A DNA stretch of 32,000 nucleotides from Vibrio alginolyticus NBRC 15630 = ATCC 17749 (GTDB lineage Bacteria > Pseudomonadota > Gammaproteobacteria > Enterobacterales > Vibrionaceae): the NCBI RefSeq assembly GCF_000354175.2, contig NC_022349.1:1530001-1562000 (forward strand), written 5' to 3'. Below the pieces are notes generated by a model. The model worked only from the letters and a program-made list of their open reading frames with translations, was not told where the DNA came from and did not search any database. A program made the position numbers and the translations under genes. Shown piece after piece: positions 17,595 through 28,307 of this stretch; position 1 is the stretch's first letter; each line of letters begins with the position of its first letter.

Positions 17595-17619
17595 AAAGCT
17601 CAGCAGAACGCTGAGCTTT
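17595..17619. terminator. Rho-independent terminator closing the nqr-apbE-nqrM transcription unit (also usable for the convergent GGDEF gene)
   Basis: AAAGCTCAGC-agaac-GCTGAGCTTT is a perfect 10-bp stem. On the minus strand it is followed by TATTTTTAG. Confidence 0.75.
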
Positions 17620-17647
17620 ATCACTTTCTTAGTACGATTAACCAATA

Positions 17648-17881
17648 CTAAGCAATTCTATCTTTTTCCCACGCCGCCAATTTCTCAGCACGCGCAGCCT
17701 CGCGCGCTTCACGTTTTTTACGCGCATCGCAGGGTTCTGGACAATTACACACTTTTTCGATGCCAACTGCCCCTAAGCCACCACAGCTACCTTTCACGAC
17801 TTTCTTTTGGAAAATGTATCCGACAGCCATTGCAGTGATTACCGCGACAAACACAGCAAAGGTAATTAGAAATGTATTCAT
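17648..17881 (-). CDS. nqrM: (Na+)-NQR maturation protein NqrM
   Basis: 77 aa with one N-terminal TM helix, then the Cys-rich GSCGG...CNCPEPC motif and a basic tail. It sits immediately downstream of apbE, as in other Vibrio nqr loci. Confidence 0.85.
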   Translation of the reverse strand: MNTFLITFAVFVAVITAMAVGYIFQKKVVKGSCGGLGAVGIEKVCNCPEPCDARKKREAREAARAEKLAAWEKDRIA

Positions 17882-17903
17882 AAAAACATGCTCACTTCTG
17901 TTG

Positions 17904-18907
17904 TTATTTCTTCATGAATGGCTTGTATGCTTCCGAAGCCAACTCTTTAAAACCATCTTCCGTTTTCACAATCATGAAAACAGGAATATTATTTTCGTTC
18001 GCAATTGCCATGCCTTTGTCTTCACCTAGCACCATAAGACCAGTTGCAAGACCATCAGCAGTCATCGACGATTTATCTAATACCGTTACAGACACCACTT
18101 TATGATGAATTGGTTTGCCTGTTCGTGGATTAATAATATGAGAGTATCTCACACCATTACTCTCAAAGTAATTACGATAGTCACCACTTGTTGCAATTGC
18201 CATGTCGCCTGGTTCAATAATTTCTTGAATTGAACGTTCATCAACGGTCGGTTTTTCAATTGCGATACGCCAAGGCACACCTTCACGATTGACACCTTTG
18301 AGACGCATTTCACCGCCAACTTCGACCATAAAGTTCTGTACCCCTTCAGATTGAAGGTAGTCAGCAACCACGTCAACCCCCAACCTTTCGCAATCGTCGA
18401 TAGGTCGACGTACAAGTTAGGAAGGTCTTTGGACAGTGTATTACCATCAACAGATAGGTGGTGAATACCGGTATTTGCTTTGCGAGCAGCGAGTTCTTCA
18501 TCGGTTGGAACTACATCTGGACGAGCTTCTGGACCAAACCCCCACAGGTTAACTAGAGGGCCGACCGTCACATCCAATGCACCTAAAGTAAGACCGTTAA
18601 GGCGAATTGCTTCTTTCACTACCGTTGCAGTTTGTGTCGAAACTGTAAATGGCTCGCTCGTTTGATGCTGATTAAAACGACTTAACTCTGAGTCGTCACG
18701 ATAGGTCGACATTTGGTCATTAACCTCTTCCAATAAGCGATCAATTTCTGTCTGCATCGCTTTTGGCGTTGGAATACCATCTTGCTCGATATACTTGATG
18801 TTGTAAGAAGTCCCCATGGTAGGGCCACTTAAATGAATTTGATCGGCAGGCTGCTCACAGCCAGCCAAAATCAATAGAGAAGCAAATGCAACAAGCCACT
18901 TTTTCAC
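17904..18907 (-). pseudogene. apbE: FAD:protein FMN transferase ApbE, interrupted by a 1-nt frameshift (or a homopolymer sequencing error)
   Basis: Two overlapping ORFs in different frames (18149-18907 and 17904-18383) together make a full-length lipoprotein ApbE. It has a lipobox (LLILAGC), ...DLSTIAKGWG | VDVVADYLQ..., SGDY and TADGLATG. The junction is at the C5 run 18377-18381. One extra C/G would give GGT TGG GGG GTT GAC (G W G V D) and an uninterrupted 334-codon gene. Confidence 0.8.
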
Positions 18908-19004
18908 TTGTTAACTCCCAATGTTGTTGAATTGATATGGGAAATAGGATCAATCCTTTCAATCCGATTACCTATATCAACTGTTGAGTATCAGTTTTAT
19001 GTCT

Positions 19005-19043
19005 ATAAAAAATAATGGCTAGCTCTCTTGGAGAGCTAGCCAT
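19005..19043 (-). terminator. Strong hairpin plus U-tract between nqrF and apbE (terminator/attenuator)
   Basis: Perfect 13-bp palindrome ATGGCTAGCTCTC-ttg-GAGAGCTAGCCAT (19015-19043). On the minus strand it is followed by TATTTTTTAT. It starts 22 nt downstream of the nqrF stop. Confidence 0.7.
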
Positions 19044-19064
19044 AGATTCAATCACTTGGAGGAA

Positions 19065-20288
19065 TTAACCACCGAAGTCATCTAGTAGGATGTTTTCATC
19101 CTCTACACCTAGATCTTTTAGCATGCCGATTACAGCAGCGTTCATCATAGGTGGACCACACATGTAGTATTCACAGTCTTCTGGCGCTTCGTGATCACGT
19201 AGGTAGTTCTCGTAAAGAACGTTGTGAATAAAGCCAGTGTAACCATCCCAGTTATCTTCTGGAAGTGGATCAGACAGTGCACAGTGCCATACGAAGTTGT
19301 CATTCTCAGCTTGTAGCATATCGAAGTCTTCTACGTAGAACATTTCACGCTTAGAACGTGCGCCGTACCAGAAAGACATCTTACGCTTAGAGTGCAGACG
19401 CTTAAGTTGGTCGAAGATGTGTGAGCGCATTGGAGCCATACCAGCACCACCACCAACGAATACCATTTCTGCATCTGTATCTTTCGCAAAGAACTCACCA
19501 AATGGACCAGAAATAGTACACTTGTCGCCTTCTTTTAGAGACCAGATGTACGAAGACATGATGCCTGGTGGTACGTCTGGGTTGTTCGGCGGCGGAGTTG
19601 CGATACGAACGTTAAGCATGATGATACCGTGCTCTTCTGGGTAGTTAGCCATAGAGTATGCACGAATGGTCTCTTCATTAACTTTAGACTCGTAACGGAA
19701 AAGGTTGAACTTCTCCCAGTCTTCACGGTATTCCTCAGGAATATCGTAGTCTGCGTATTTCACGTGGTGAGCAGGAGCTTCAATCTGGATGTAACCACCA
19801 GCACGGAAAGGTACTGATTCGCCATCTGGAATTTGTAGCTTAAGCTCTTTGATGAATGTCGCTTTGTTATCGTTAGAGATAACAGTACATTCCCACTTCT
19901 TAACGCCGAAGATTTCTTCAGGAAGCTCGATATCCATGTCAGTTTTCATTGCAACCTGACACGCTAGACGCTCACCTTCACGCGCTTCACCTTTAGTAAT
20001 ATGGTCAAGCTCGGTTGGTAGGATGTCGCCACCACCTGATTTAACTTTTACGCGACACTGACCACATGAGCCACCGCCACCACAAGCAGAAGATACGAAT
20101 ACGCCAGCACCTGCTAGAGCACTCAGTAGCTTACCACCTGGTTGTGTAACGATCGCCAGAGAAGGGTCATCGTTCACAGAAATTGTAATGTCACCTGTTG
20201 GTACAAGCTTAGACTTAGCGAAAAGAATCACTAGTACTAGTGCTAGTACGATCAGAGTAAACATCACTACACCAAGAATAATGTCCAT
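19065..20288 (-). CDS. nqrF: Na+-translocating NADH:quinone oxidoreductase subunit F
   Basis: 407 aa with an N-terminal TM helix, a 2Fe-2S ferredoxin motif [10 protein letters not shown]...C, and an FAD/NADH-binding domain ([16 protein letters not shown]). Confidence 0.95.
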
Positions 20289-20321
20289 TGACTATTCCTT
20301 AATTGTTGCGGTTTACCCGAC

Positions 20322-20918
20322 TTACAGTTGAACACCAGAGAAAGACATAAAGCCTAACGCCATAAGACCTACAGTGATAAATGTGATACCAAGACCACGT
20401 AGACCTGGAGGTACGTCAGAGTACTTCATCTTCTCACGGATACCTGCAAGAGCAACGATTGCTAGCATCCAGCCCACACCAGAGCCGAAACCGTAAACGA
20501 TCGATTCAGCAAAGTTGTAGTCACGTTGTACCATGAAAGATACACCACCGAAGATTGCACAGTTTACTGTGATCAGCGGTAGGAAGATGCCTAGCGCGTT
20601 GTACAAAGGTGGGAAGAAACGGTCTAGGACCATCTCTAGAATCTGTACAAGTGCTGCAATTACACCGATAAAGGTGATGAAGTTTAGGAAGCTAAGGTCC
20701 ACGCCCTCAACTAACGCGTTCTCTCTCAGAACTAGGTTGTATACCAGGTTGTTCACAGGAACAGCGATAGTCAGAACTACCACAACTGCAACACCTAGGC
20801 CGAAAGAGGTCTTAACCTTCTTAGATACGGCAAGGAAAGTACACATACCTAGGAAGAAAGACAGAGCCATGTTTTCGATGAAAATCGATTTAACTAACAG
20901 ACTAATGTAATGTTCCAT
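20322..20918 (-). CDS. nqrE: Na+-NQR subunit E
   Basis: 198-aa polytopic membrane protein of the NqrE/RnfA family, positioned between nqrD and nqrF. Confidence 0.95.
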   Translation of the reverse strand: MEHYISLLVKSIFIENMALSFFLGMCTFLAVSKKVKTSFGLGVAVVVVLTIAVPVNNLVYNLVLRENALVEGVDLSFLNFITFIGVIAALVQILEMVLDRFFPPLYNALGIFLPLITVNCAIFGGVSFMVQRDYNFAESIVYGFGSGVGWMLAIVALAGIREKMKYSDVPPGLRGLGITFITVGLMALGFMSFSGVQL

Positions 20919-20925
20919 GACGTCC

Positions 20926-21558
20926 TTACTCCTTCGCTTCTACTTGTTCTGGTTTCAGAATACGGATTACCCAGATAAGGAAGCCGATTAGGAAGAATGC
21001 TGATGGTGCTAGTAGCATTAGGCCGTTAGGCTGGTACCAACCACCGTTGCTCACTAGAGGTAGAACTTCTAGACCAAATAGTTTGCCTGAGCCAAATAGC
21101 TCACGGAAGAAACCTACAGTGATAAGAACGAAGCCGTAACCTAGACCGTTACCAATACCGTCAATAAGAGATGGTACTGGCGCAGACTTCATTGCGAATG
21201 CTTCAGCACGACCCATTACGATACAGTTAGTGATAATCAGACCAACGAATACAGATAGCTGTTTAGAGATATCGTATAGGTAAGCTTTTAGCACTTGGTC
21301 TACCACGATTACTAACGATGCGATGATTGCCATCTGAACGATGATACGCACACTGTTAGGAATGTGGTTACGGATCAATGAAACAGAGAAGTTAGACAAC
21401 GCAGTTACAAATGTTACCGCTAGTGTCATTACAAAAGCTGTTTCTAGTTTAGTTGTTACTGCAAGAGCAGAACATACACCAAGAACTTGTAGCGCGATTG
21501 GGTTGTTATCCAACACTGGCGCTAGGATGCTCTTTTTAACGTTTTGTGCACTAGACAT
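20926..21558 (-). CDS. nqrD: Na+-NQR subunit D
   Basis: 210-aa membrane protein of the NqrD/RnfE family ([18 protein letters not shown]). Confidence 0.95.
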   Translation of the reverse strand: MSSAQNVKKSILAPVLDNNPIALQVLGVCSALAVTTKLETAFVMTLAVTFVTALSNFSVSLIRNHIPNSVRIIVQMAIIASLVIVVDQVLKAYLYDISKQLSVFVGLIITNCIVMGRAEAFAMKSAPVPSLIDGIGNGLGYGFVLITVGFFRELFGSGKLFGLEVLPLVSNGGWYQPNGLMLLAPSAFFLIGFLIWVIRILKPEQVEAKE

Positions 21559-22328
21559 TAGTTAAGTTCTCCGTCACGAACTTTTGCTAGGAAAGGACCA
21601 AAGCCCATATCACCTAACCAGAAGTCAAATGTGTGTTGAACACCATTACTAGTGAGCGTCGCTCCTGATAGGCCATCAACACCGTGCTCAGAACCTTGCG
21701 GTGCGCCGCCTTTCACGACCTTAATCGCTGGCTGGTGATCTTCATTGTACAATTTCTTGCCAATGAATTGATCGCGCCATGAAGGGTTCTCTACTTCACC
21801 ACCAAGTCCAGGAGTTTCACCTTGCTCGTAGTAAGTAATAGCAGACACAGTGTTACCATCAGTTTCAACGGCTACAAAGGCATACATCATCGACCATAGT
21901 CCTTTACCGTGCATAGGCAGGATAACTTTTTGGACTTCATCTTGATCTTTTACAAGGTACACCACTGCTGTATTCGCGCGACGACGGATATCAGCTACGT
22001 CTTCTTCTGGTGTCAATGCGATTGAACGTTCTGCATCTTTTGATGCTTCACGTTGATCGTACGTAGATGCATTACCCTCAGTAAAGTTACCTGTTTCAAG
22101 GTCTACTAGACGAGGTTCGATGTACTCAGCAAATAGCTCTGGTACTTTCTTACCGTTTGCGTCAATGCCTGCAACTTCAACGATCTTTGATTGCTTATCT
22201 AGGACAGCGTTAGCTTTTTGCTTATCACGCAGACCTACTGCTGCTGTTGATACGATGATTGAACAAACAAGGCTCAACCCGATAACAACACCCAGCGTCT
22301 TTTTAATGCTGTCGTTATTACTTGCCAT
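21558..22328 (-). CDS. nqrC: Na+-NQR subunit C
   Basis: 256 aa with the N-terminus [11 protein letters not shown]. The covalent-FMN attachment motif SGATLTS is present. There is a 1-nt overlap with the nqrD start. Confidence 0.95.
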   Translation of the reverse strand: MASNNDSIKKTLGVVIGLSLVCSIIVSTAAVGLRDKQKANAVLDKQSKIVEVAGIDANGKKVPELFAEYIEPRLVDLETGNFTEGNASTYDQREASKDAERSIALTPEEDVADIRRRANTAVVYLVKDQDEVQKVILPMHGKGLWSMMYAFVAVETDGNTVSAITYYEQGETPGLGGEVENPSWRDQFIGKKLYNEDHQPAIKVVKGGAPQGSEHGVDGLSGATLTSNGVQHTFDFWLGDMGFGPFLAKVRDGELN

Positions 22329-23562
22329 AGCGTGCTAGTCTCCGCTTGATGTTCTTCTCAATCACTACATGGTCGAACAGAGGTGCGAATAGGTTCGCGA
22401 ATAGAATCGCCAGCATCATACCTTCTGGGTACGCTGGGTTAACTACACGGATCATCACACACATTGCACCAATCAGGATGCCGTACCACCATTTACCTTT
22501 GCTAGTAAATGACGCTGATACTGGGTCCGTTGCCATGAAGAACATACCGAATGCAAAACCACCTAGAACTAGGTGCCAGTGCCATGGCATATTAAACATT
22601 GGATTAGTGTCAGAACCGATCACGTTAAACAGAGTCGATACTGCGATCATACCGATCATCACACCCGCAATGATGCGCCATGAAGCGATTCGCATGTAAA
22701 CGATCATCGCTGCACCGATCATTAGAGCTAGAGTCGATACTTCACCAATAGAGCCAGGGATGTTACCGATGAACGCGTCCATCCAAGTGATAGGAGCGCC
22801 AGTTACTGTGTTAACTAGAGCACCGTTACCACCTTGAGCCCATTGGCTAAGAGCAGTTGCACCAGAGAAGCCGTCAGCTGCAGTCCATACTACGTCACCC
22901 GAAATTTGCGCTGGGTAAGCGAAGAATAGAAATGCACGACCTGCAAGTGCAGGGTTAAGGAAGTTACGACCTGTACCACCGAAGATCTCTTTTGCTACAA
23001 CAACACCAAATGTGATACCTAGTGCCGCTTGCCATAGAGGTAGCGTTGGTGGAACGATAAGTGCGAATAAGATAGAAGTTACAAAGAAACCTTCGTTAAC
23101 TTCGTGTTTACGCACCATACAGAACAACACTTCCCAGAAGCCACCAACAATAAATACTGTTGCGTAGATTGGCAGGAAGTAAGTCGCACCTAGTAGCATC
23201 TTACTGCCAACACCCGCTTCCGCACCGATAGTGCCGCCAAGCATTTCTGTTAGCCAGTAGTGCCAGTTACCTGCGATAACTGTCGCTAGTTGGTCACCAG
23301 CGTACATGTGGTTAAGTGCTGCAATAGCTTGGCCACCTGCGTTGTACATACCCCAGAACATTGCTGGGAATACCGCAAACCAAACCATGATCATGATACG
23401 TTTTAGGTCAACGCTATCACGAACGTGCGAGCTTTTATTTGTTACGATACCTGGCGTGTAAAAAACTGTTGCTACAGCTTCGTACAGGGCAAACCATTTT
23501 TCGTGTTTGCCACCAGGCTCAAAATGATGCTCGATGTCTTCAAGAAACTTTTTAAGAGCCAT
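22318..23562 (-). CDS. nqrB: Na+-NQR subunit B
   Basis: The start is set at the ATG at 23562 ([24 protein letters not shown], as in Vibrio NqrB) with SD AAGGAAGGG. The 12-codon upstream extension in the track overlaps nqrA. The FMN attachment motif FSGATAL is present. Confidence 0.9.
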   Translation of the reverse strand: MALKKFLEDIEHHFEPGGKHEKWFALYEAVATVFYTPGIVTNKSSHVRDSVDLKRIMIMVWFAVFPAMFWGMYNAGGQAIAALNHMYAGDQLATVIAGNWHYWLTEMLGGTIGAEAGVGSKMLLGATYFLPIYATVFIVGGFWEVLFCMVRKHEVNEGFFVTSILFALIVPPTLPLWQAALGITFGVVVAKEIFGGTGRNFLNPALAGRAFLFFAYPAQISGDVVWTAADGFSGATALSQWAQGGNGALVNTVTGAPITWMDAFIGNIPGSIGEVSTLALMIGAAMIVYMRIASWRIIAGVMIGMIAVSTLFNVIGSDTNPMFNMPWHWHLVLGGFAFGMFFMATDPVSASFTSKGKWWYGILIGAMCVMIRVVNPAYPEGMMLAILFANLFAPLFDHVVIEKNIKRRLARYGK

Positions 23563-23567
23563 GAAAA

Positions 23568-24908
23568 TTACCCTTCCTTCTCGATAGTATCTAGGCATTC
23601 ACGAAGTAACGTACCGTACTCGTACTTACCTGGACATACAAAGGTACACAATGCTAGATCTTCTTCATCCAGTTCAAGCGCACCCAGTGCTTGAGCACTG
23701 TCTGTGTCGCCGGCACATAGATCACGAAGCAGCAAAGTAGGCTCCATATCTAGAGGCATTACGCGTTCGTAGTTGCCAATTGGAACCATTGAACGATCAC
23801 TACCATTGGTCGTCGTTGTCATATTGAACAACTGACCTTTGAATACGTGACCAAGGAAAGAGCGAGTTACCGAGAACTTATTCTTACCAGGCATTGCCCA
23901 GCCAAATAGTTCTTTTTCACGGCCTTCACGTAATACAGAAACCTGTTGATGGTAACGGCCAAGGTATGCGTGTGGACCAGTTGCATGTGTACCTGTTAGT
24001 ACTGAACCAGAGATCACACGAACTTCGCCAGGCATCAGCTCGTTATCTGTTAGGTCATCTAAGCTTGCACCCATTACGGTACGAACTAGACGAGGGTTAT
24101 TCACAACTGGGCCAGCTAGAGACACAACACGATCTGTGCATAGCTCACCAGTTAGGAACAGCTTACCGAACGCGATAACGTCTTGGTAGTTGATGCTCCA
24201 TGCCACATTCTCTGCATTTACTGGGTATAGGAAATGCATGTGGGTGCCAGCAAGACCTGCTGGGTGAGGGCCATCGAAGACGTGTTCTTCTACGTTAGAC
24301 TGTGAAGAGCGTGGCAAGCTAGTGCCAGATTTACATACGTAAACCTTGCCTTCTGTCAGGGCTGAAAGAATGTCTAGACCAGCAATGAATGCTTCTTGTT
24401 GCTCATTAATGATCAACTCAGGCTTAGCTGCTAGTGGATTAGTATCCATTGCAGTTACGAAAATAGCCTTAGTAGAAGACTCGATTGCAGGAACCTTGCT
24501 GAACGGACGAGTACGTAAAGCGGTCCATAAGCCAGAGTCAACCAACTGAGTCTTGATCACTTCACGATCTAGACCTGAAAGTTGAGCGGCTTCGAACTTA
24601 TCAAATGTCACCTGCTCTTCACCTGCCACTTCAATCACTACAGATTGAAGGACACGTTTAGCGCCACGGTTAACTTCGATCACTTTACCGGCTGCTGGTG
24701 CAGTAAATTTCACGCCTGGGTTCTTTTTATCTTCAAAAAGAACTTGCGCTTTTTTCACTTCATCACCAACGCGGACATGCATGGTAGGTCGCATGCCAAC
24801 GTACTCTTCGCCAAGCAAGGCGACTTTTTTGATGGTCTTACCATCATTAATCACCTGGGATGGAGTTCCTGCGATAGGAAGATCCAAGCCCTTCTTTATT
24901 GTAATCAT
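23568..24908 (-). CDS. nqrA: Na+-NQR subunit A
   Basis: The start is set at the ATG at 24908 ([18 protein letters not shown], 446 aa, matching Vibrio NqrA as recalled). The 33-codon extension in the track has no homologous counterpart and lies in a leader hairpin. Confidence 0.9.
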   Translation of the reverse strand: MITIKKGLDLPIAGTPSQVINDGKTIKKVALLGEEYVGMRPTMHVRVGDEVKKAQVLFEDKKNPGVKFTAPAAGKVIEVNRGAKRVLQSVVIEVAGEEQVTFDKFEAAQLSGLDREVIKTQLVDSGLWTALRTRPFSKVPAIESSTKAIFVTAMDTNPLAAKPELIINEQQEAFIAGLDILSALTEGKVYVCKSGTSLPRSSQSNVEEHVFDGPHPAGLAGTHMHFLYPVNAENVAWSINYQDVIAFGKLFLTGELCTDRVVSLAGPVVNNPRLVRTVMGASLDDLTDNELMPGEVRVISGSVLTGTHATGPHAYLGRYHQQVSVLREGREKELFGWAMPGKNKFSVTRSFLGHVFKGQLFNMTTTTNGSDRSMVPIGNYERVMPLDMEPTLLLRDLCAGDTDSAQALGALELDEEDLALCTFVCPGKYEYGTLLRECLDTIEKEG

Positions 24909-25330
24909 ACGCACTTGCACTACTTTTATCGGGAAAAAGATTCTTTTGATTGCGTAACTTTTAGACACGACATCAGTGTCCGGTTTTGATGTTGTTTTAA
25001 ACATCAAAATCGCAACATCCTATTAAAAATCTCGTCACAAGGAATACGCGAGATTTATCAGGTGCCGTAGTCTAGCATTTTTTAGGAACTTGATGCCATG
25101 ATCAATCATTAGAATAGAGGGGTTATTTCGGTAGAATCAGGTCTAAAAGGTCAAAGAATAGTCATAACTTTGACCCATCGCACAAATGCCATATTCCATA
25201 CATATCTTATGGAAAAGTGATATTCATCGCCTGAAATATTCTGCAATTTCCATTCATTTGTTGAAACACTGTTAACACATTTTTTAACCAGAATTTGTTT
25301 CACGTTAACGTCCCTTAAGAATGTAAAACG

Positions 25331-25353
25331 AAAAAAGATGGCCTTAAGCCACC
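25331..25353 (-). terminator. Probable rho-independent terminator of bolA
   Basis: The minus strand reads GGTGGC-ttaag-GCCATC-TTTTTT (6-bp stem with one G.U). It lies 30 nt downstream of the bolA stop. Confidence 0.5.
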
Positions 25354-25382
25354 TTTTCTCTGCACCTTTATATCTTGCGTTT

Positions 25383-25700
<318 letters not shown>

Positions 25701-25934
25701 TCATTGATGCGAATTCCATAAGTATATACCTAAGTAAAGCAGACATGCATCACTCAAACGTCACTCTCATTATTGACGCACTTTGTAGACATATTGTCTC
25801 AAGGCGCTTGACTCCACGAACATGTCTAAAGAGCAGCCATCACTGAACTCGTAAAATTTGACAGCTTTTTGTATCTCGACACGTCATCATTTGCGACAAT
25901 AACACTTAATTTCTAAATCAACTTACATTTAGCT

Positions 25935-27089
25935 ATGAAAACCGAACTGAACCTTCACGAGCGAAGCTTAACACTTCATCGTTTCCCAAAACGTAGTAAC
26001 GAAACGCTACAAGCGTGGGATGCCGGTGATGAGTATCTTATTAATCATGTTGAAGAGCTTGCTTTGCCAGACAATCAAAACATCCTCGTGATTAATGACA
26101 GCTTTGGTGCCCTCTCCTGCTGGTTTTCGGAAAAGCACCATGTAACGCTAATGAGTGATTCATTCATCTCACATAAAGGTGCACAGCAAAATCTCGAGCA
26201 AAACCAGTGCAATAAAGTAGCGTTTGCCACCACGATGGACCTCGTTCCTGCCAATATTGATCTCGTCTTGCTGCAACTGCCCAAAAGTAACCGCCATCTA
26301 GTGTGGATACTAAGCCAATTAAGAAAGGCGCTACCGGCTTCCTGCCCCGTCATTGCAGTCAATAAAGCGAAAGACATTCATACTTCGACGCTAAAACTGT
26401 TTGAAAAATACTTAGGCGAAACAAAAACATCTTTGGCCTGGAAAAAGCACAGATTGGTGTTTTCTCAAGCAACAGTTGAGCCTACGATTGAAGTAATGCC
26501 TTTCACGACTTGGCGCGTTGATGGCGAAGATATCGAACTCAAGAACATGCCAAATGTCTATTCAGGAGAAAGTTTAGATTTAGGTGCACGCTTTATGCTG
26601 CAGCACCTGCCTCAAGACCCTTCAATAGACAATGTCATCGACCTCGGCTGCGGCAATGGTGTTCTGTCTGTTAAATTTGGTCAGTTGAATCCAAATGCTC
26701 GGCTAACATGTGTTGATGAAAGCTTTATGGCGCTTGAGTCGGCAAAACAGAACCTACGCGACAACCTTGGTGAAAATAGAGACATACAGTGCATAGCGAA
26801 CAATTGCTTGGACGGTTTTAAACACTGCAGCAGCTCTATGGTTATGTGTAATCCACCGTTTCATCAACAACAGGCAATCACCGATCATATTGCTTGGCAA
26901 ATGTTCTGCGATGCTAAACAAGTATTAAGTGAAAATGGCCGTTTACTGGTTATCGGAAATCGTCACCTCGGGTACGACGCAAAACTCAAACGTCTGTTTG
27001 GCGATAAAAATGTGAAACTTATCGCTTCCAACAATAAGTTTGTGATTTTACAGGCTACAAAAAATCCTGCTAAATTAAGCGCAAAATAA
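25935..27089 (+). CDS. rlmG: 23S rRNA (guanine1835-N2)-methyltransferase RlmG
   Basis: 384 aa. SLTLHRFP...LQAWDAGDEYL...NDSFGALS...DIHTSTLKLFEK.LG.T.TSLAWKK.RL...DLGCGNGV...CNPPFHQQ...NNKFV.L are colinear with E. coli RlmG/YgjO as recalled. Confidence 0.85.
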   Translation: MKTELNLHERSLTLHRFPKRSNETLQAWDAGDEYLINHVEELALPDNQNILVINDSFGALSCWFSEKHHVTLMSDSFISHKGAQQNLEQNQCNKVAFATTMDLVPANIDLVLLQLPKSNRHLVWILSQLRKALPASCPVIAVNKAKDIHTSTLKLFEKYLGETKTSLAWKKHRLVFSQATVEPTIEVMPFTTWRVDGEDIELKNMPNVYSGESLDLGARFMLQHLPQDPSIDNVIDLGCGNGVLSVKFGQLNPNARLTCVDESFMALESAKQNLRDNLGENRDIQCIANNCLDGFKHCSSSMVMCNPPFHQQQAITDHIAWQMFCDAKQVLSENGRLLVIGNRHLGYDAKLKRLFGDKNVKLIASNNKFVILQATKNPAKLSAK

Positions 27090-27121
27090 GCTTTAGCAAA
27101 ATAGTTAAAAGGAATAATAAA

Positions 27122-27691
27122 ATGAGAAAATTGGTACTTGCGGCTTCGGTTGCGTTGCTTGCTGCGTGTTCAGCCCCTCAACAACCTCAGCTGAACCTGA
27201 TGCCAGAAAGCACATTGAGCACCAATCCAATTGTTCAAGGCAAGACTTACAGTTTGACCAGCAAAGATGTACGTGCAGCGCAGTACGTGGCGTTGGTGGA
27301 TAACGGCCGTTCGAACATTCTTCCTCTTCATGCTAAACAGAATTTACGTATTGCGTTAGAAGAAGCATTAGAGAAGCAATTCTCATCTCAAGGTTTCCAT
27401 GCGGATCTAAACAGCAACAACGCGATTGAATTGAGCGTTCAAGAAGCGTTGGTCAACGTGAAGCATTCGGTGATGGAAAATGAGATGGATGCTAAAGTTG
27501 TGCTGGAAATCACAGCAGAGACACCTGAGGGCAAGCTAGTCAAAACTTATACAGGTACAGCAAAGCGATCTGGCACATTGAGTGCTTCTGATGCCGATAT
27601 TGAAGAGACATTGAATGATGTGGTGACATTGACGCTTAAAGAGATTGCCAATGACCCTGAGCTTCGTCAATACATGCAGGAGCGTTTCTAA
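27122..27691 (+). CDS. yajG: YajG-family lipoprotein
   Basis: 189 aa with the lipobox LLAAC. The LRIALEEALEKQFSSQGF region parallels E. coli YajG. It lies upstream of ampG, as in E. coli. Confidence 0.65.
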   Translation: MRKLVLAASVALLAACSAPQQPQLNLMPESTLSTNPIVQGKTYSLTSKDVRAAQYVALVDNGRSNILPLHAKQNLRIALEEALEKQFSSQGFHADLNSNNAIELSVQEALVNVKHSVMENEMDAKVVLEITAETPEGKLVKTYTGTAKRSGTLSASDADIEETLNDVVTLTLKEIANDPELRQYMQERF

Positions 27692-28236
27692 TGTTACGCA
27701 AAGCGATTCTGTCCTTAGCACTACTCAGCTGCAGCGTTTGGGCTGGACCAAAAGTAGCGTTTGAAACGACACTTGGTTCATTTACGGTTGAGTTAAACGA
27801 AGAGAAAGCACCTATCACTGTCGCTAATTTTCTAAAATATGTAGAAGATGGGAGCTACGAGGGTACTATATTTCATCGTATTATCCCAGGCTTCATGGCA
27901 CAAGGTGGCGGCTTTAACCAAGATATGCAGATGGTGAAAACATACGCGCCAATCAAAAACGAAGGAAATAATGGTCTAAACAATGACCGTGCTACCATCG
28001 CCATGGCACGAACCAATGCACCAAACTCTGCAACTCGTCAGTTTTTCGTCAACTTAGTCGACAATGACTTTCTCAACTATGGCGCTCGACCACCAGGTTA
28101 TGCTGTATTTGGTGAGGTTACTGAGGGGTTCGACGTTATCCAGAAAATGGCTCAGCAGCCGACCACGACGGTAGGCCGAATGCGTGATGTACCAGAGACG
28201 CAAATCGTCATCACCAAAGCTACACTACTTAAATAG
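27691..28236 (+). CDS. ppiA: Periplasmic peptidyl-prolyl cis-trans isomerase A (cyclophilin type)
   Basis: 181 aa with a signal peptide and cyclophilin motifs FHRIIPGFMAQGGGF and ATIAMARTN.PNSATRQFF.N. The start overlaps the yajG stop (TAATG). Confidence 0.9.
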   Translation: MLRKAILSLALLSCSVWAGPKVAFETTLGSFTVELNEEKAPITVANFLKYVEDGSYEGTIFHRIIPGFMAQGGGFNQDMQMVKTYAPIKNEGNNGLNNDRATIAMARTNAPNSATRQFFVNLVDNDFLNYGARPPGYAVFGEVTEGFDVIQKMAQQPTTTVGRMRDVPETQIVITKATLLK

Positions 28237-28246
28237 CCAAAACGAT

Positions 28247-28280
28247 AAGCCCTTTGAATAATCGAAGGGCTTTCTCTTTC
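28247..28280 (+). terminator. Possible terminator after ppiA
   Basis: AAGCCCTT-(10-nt loop)-AAGGGCTT followed by TCTCTTTC. The stem is good but the U-tract is weak. Confidence 0.45.
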
Positions 28281-28307
28281 AACGGCTTCATTTTATTGGA
28301 TTGATTT

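Noticed and set aside
17575-18029. Plus-strand ORFs 17575-17838 and 17760-18029 overlapping nqrM and the apbE 3' end
   Set aside because: They are antisense to conserved genes. The first begins inside the terminator repeat region, and there is no coding signal.
18374-18385. Programmed -1 ribosomal frameshift or transcriptional slippage as the explanation for the apbE split
   Set aside because: The 0-frame context GGU UGG GGG UUG is not an X XXY YYZ heptamer, and I noticed no obvious downstream stimulatory structure. A 5-nt G run is short for RNA-polymerase slippage. A sequencing error or a simple mutation is more parsimonious.
23563-23598. N-terminal extensions of the longest ORFs for nqrB (12 codons here), nqrA (24909-25007), dinB (15781-15813) and the ECF sigma (30965-31003)
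   Set aside because: The extensions overlap upstream genes or regulatory elements (LexA box, hairpins). They lack counterparts in the orthologue N-termini as I recall them, and internal ATGs give the conserved N-termini.
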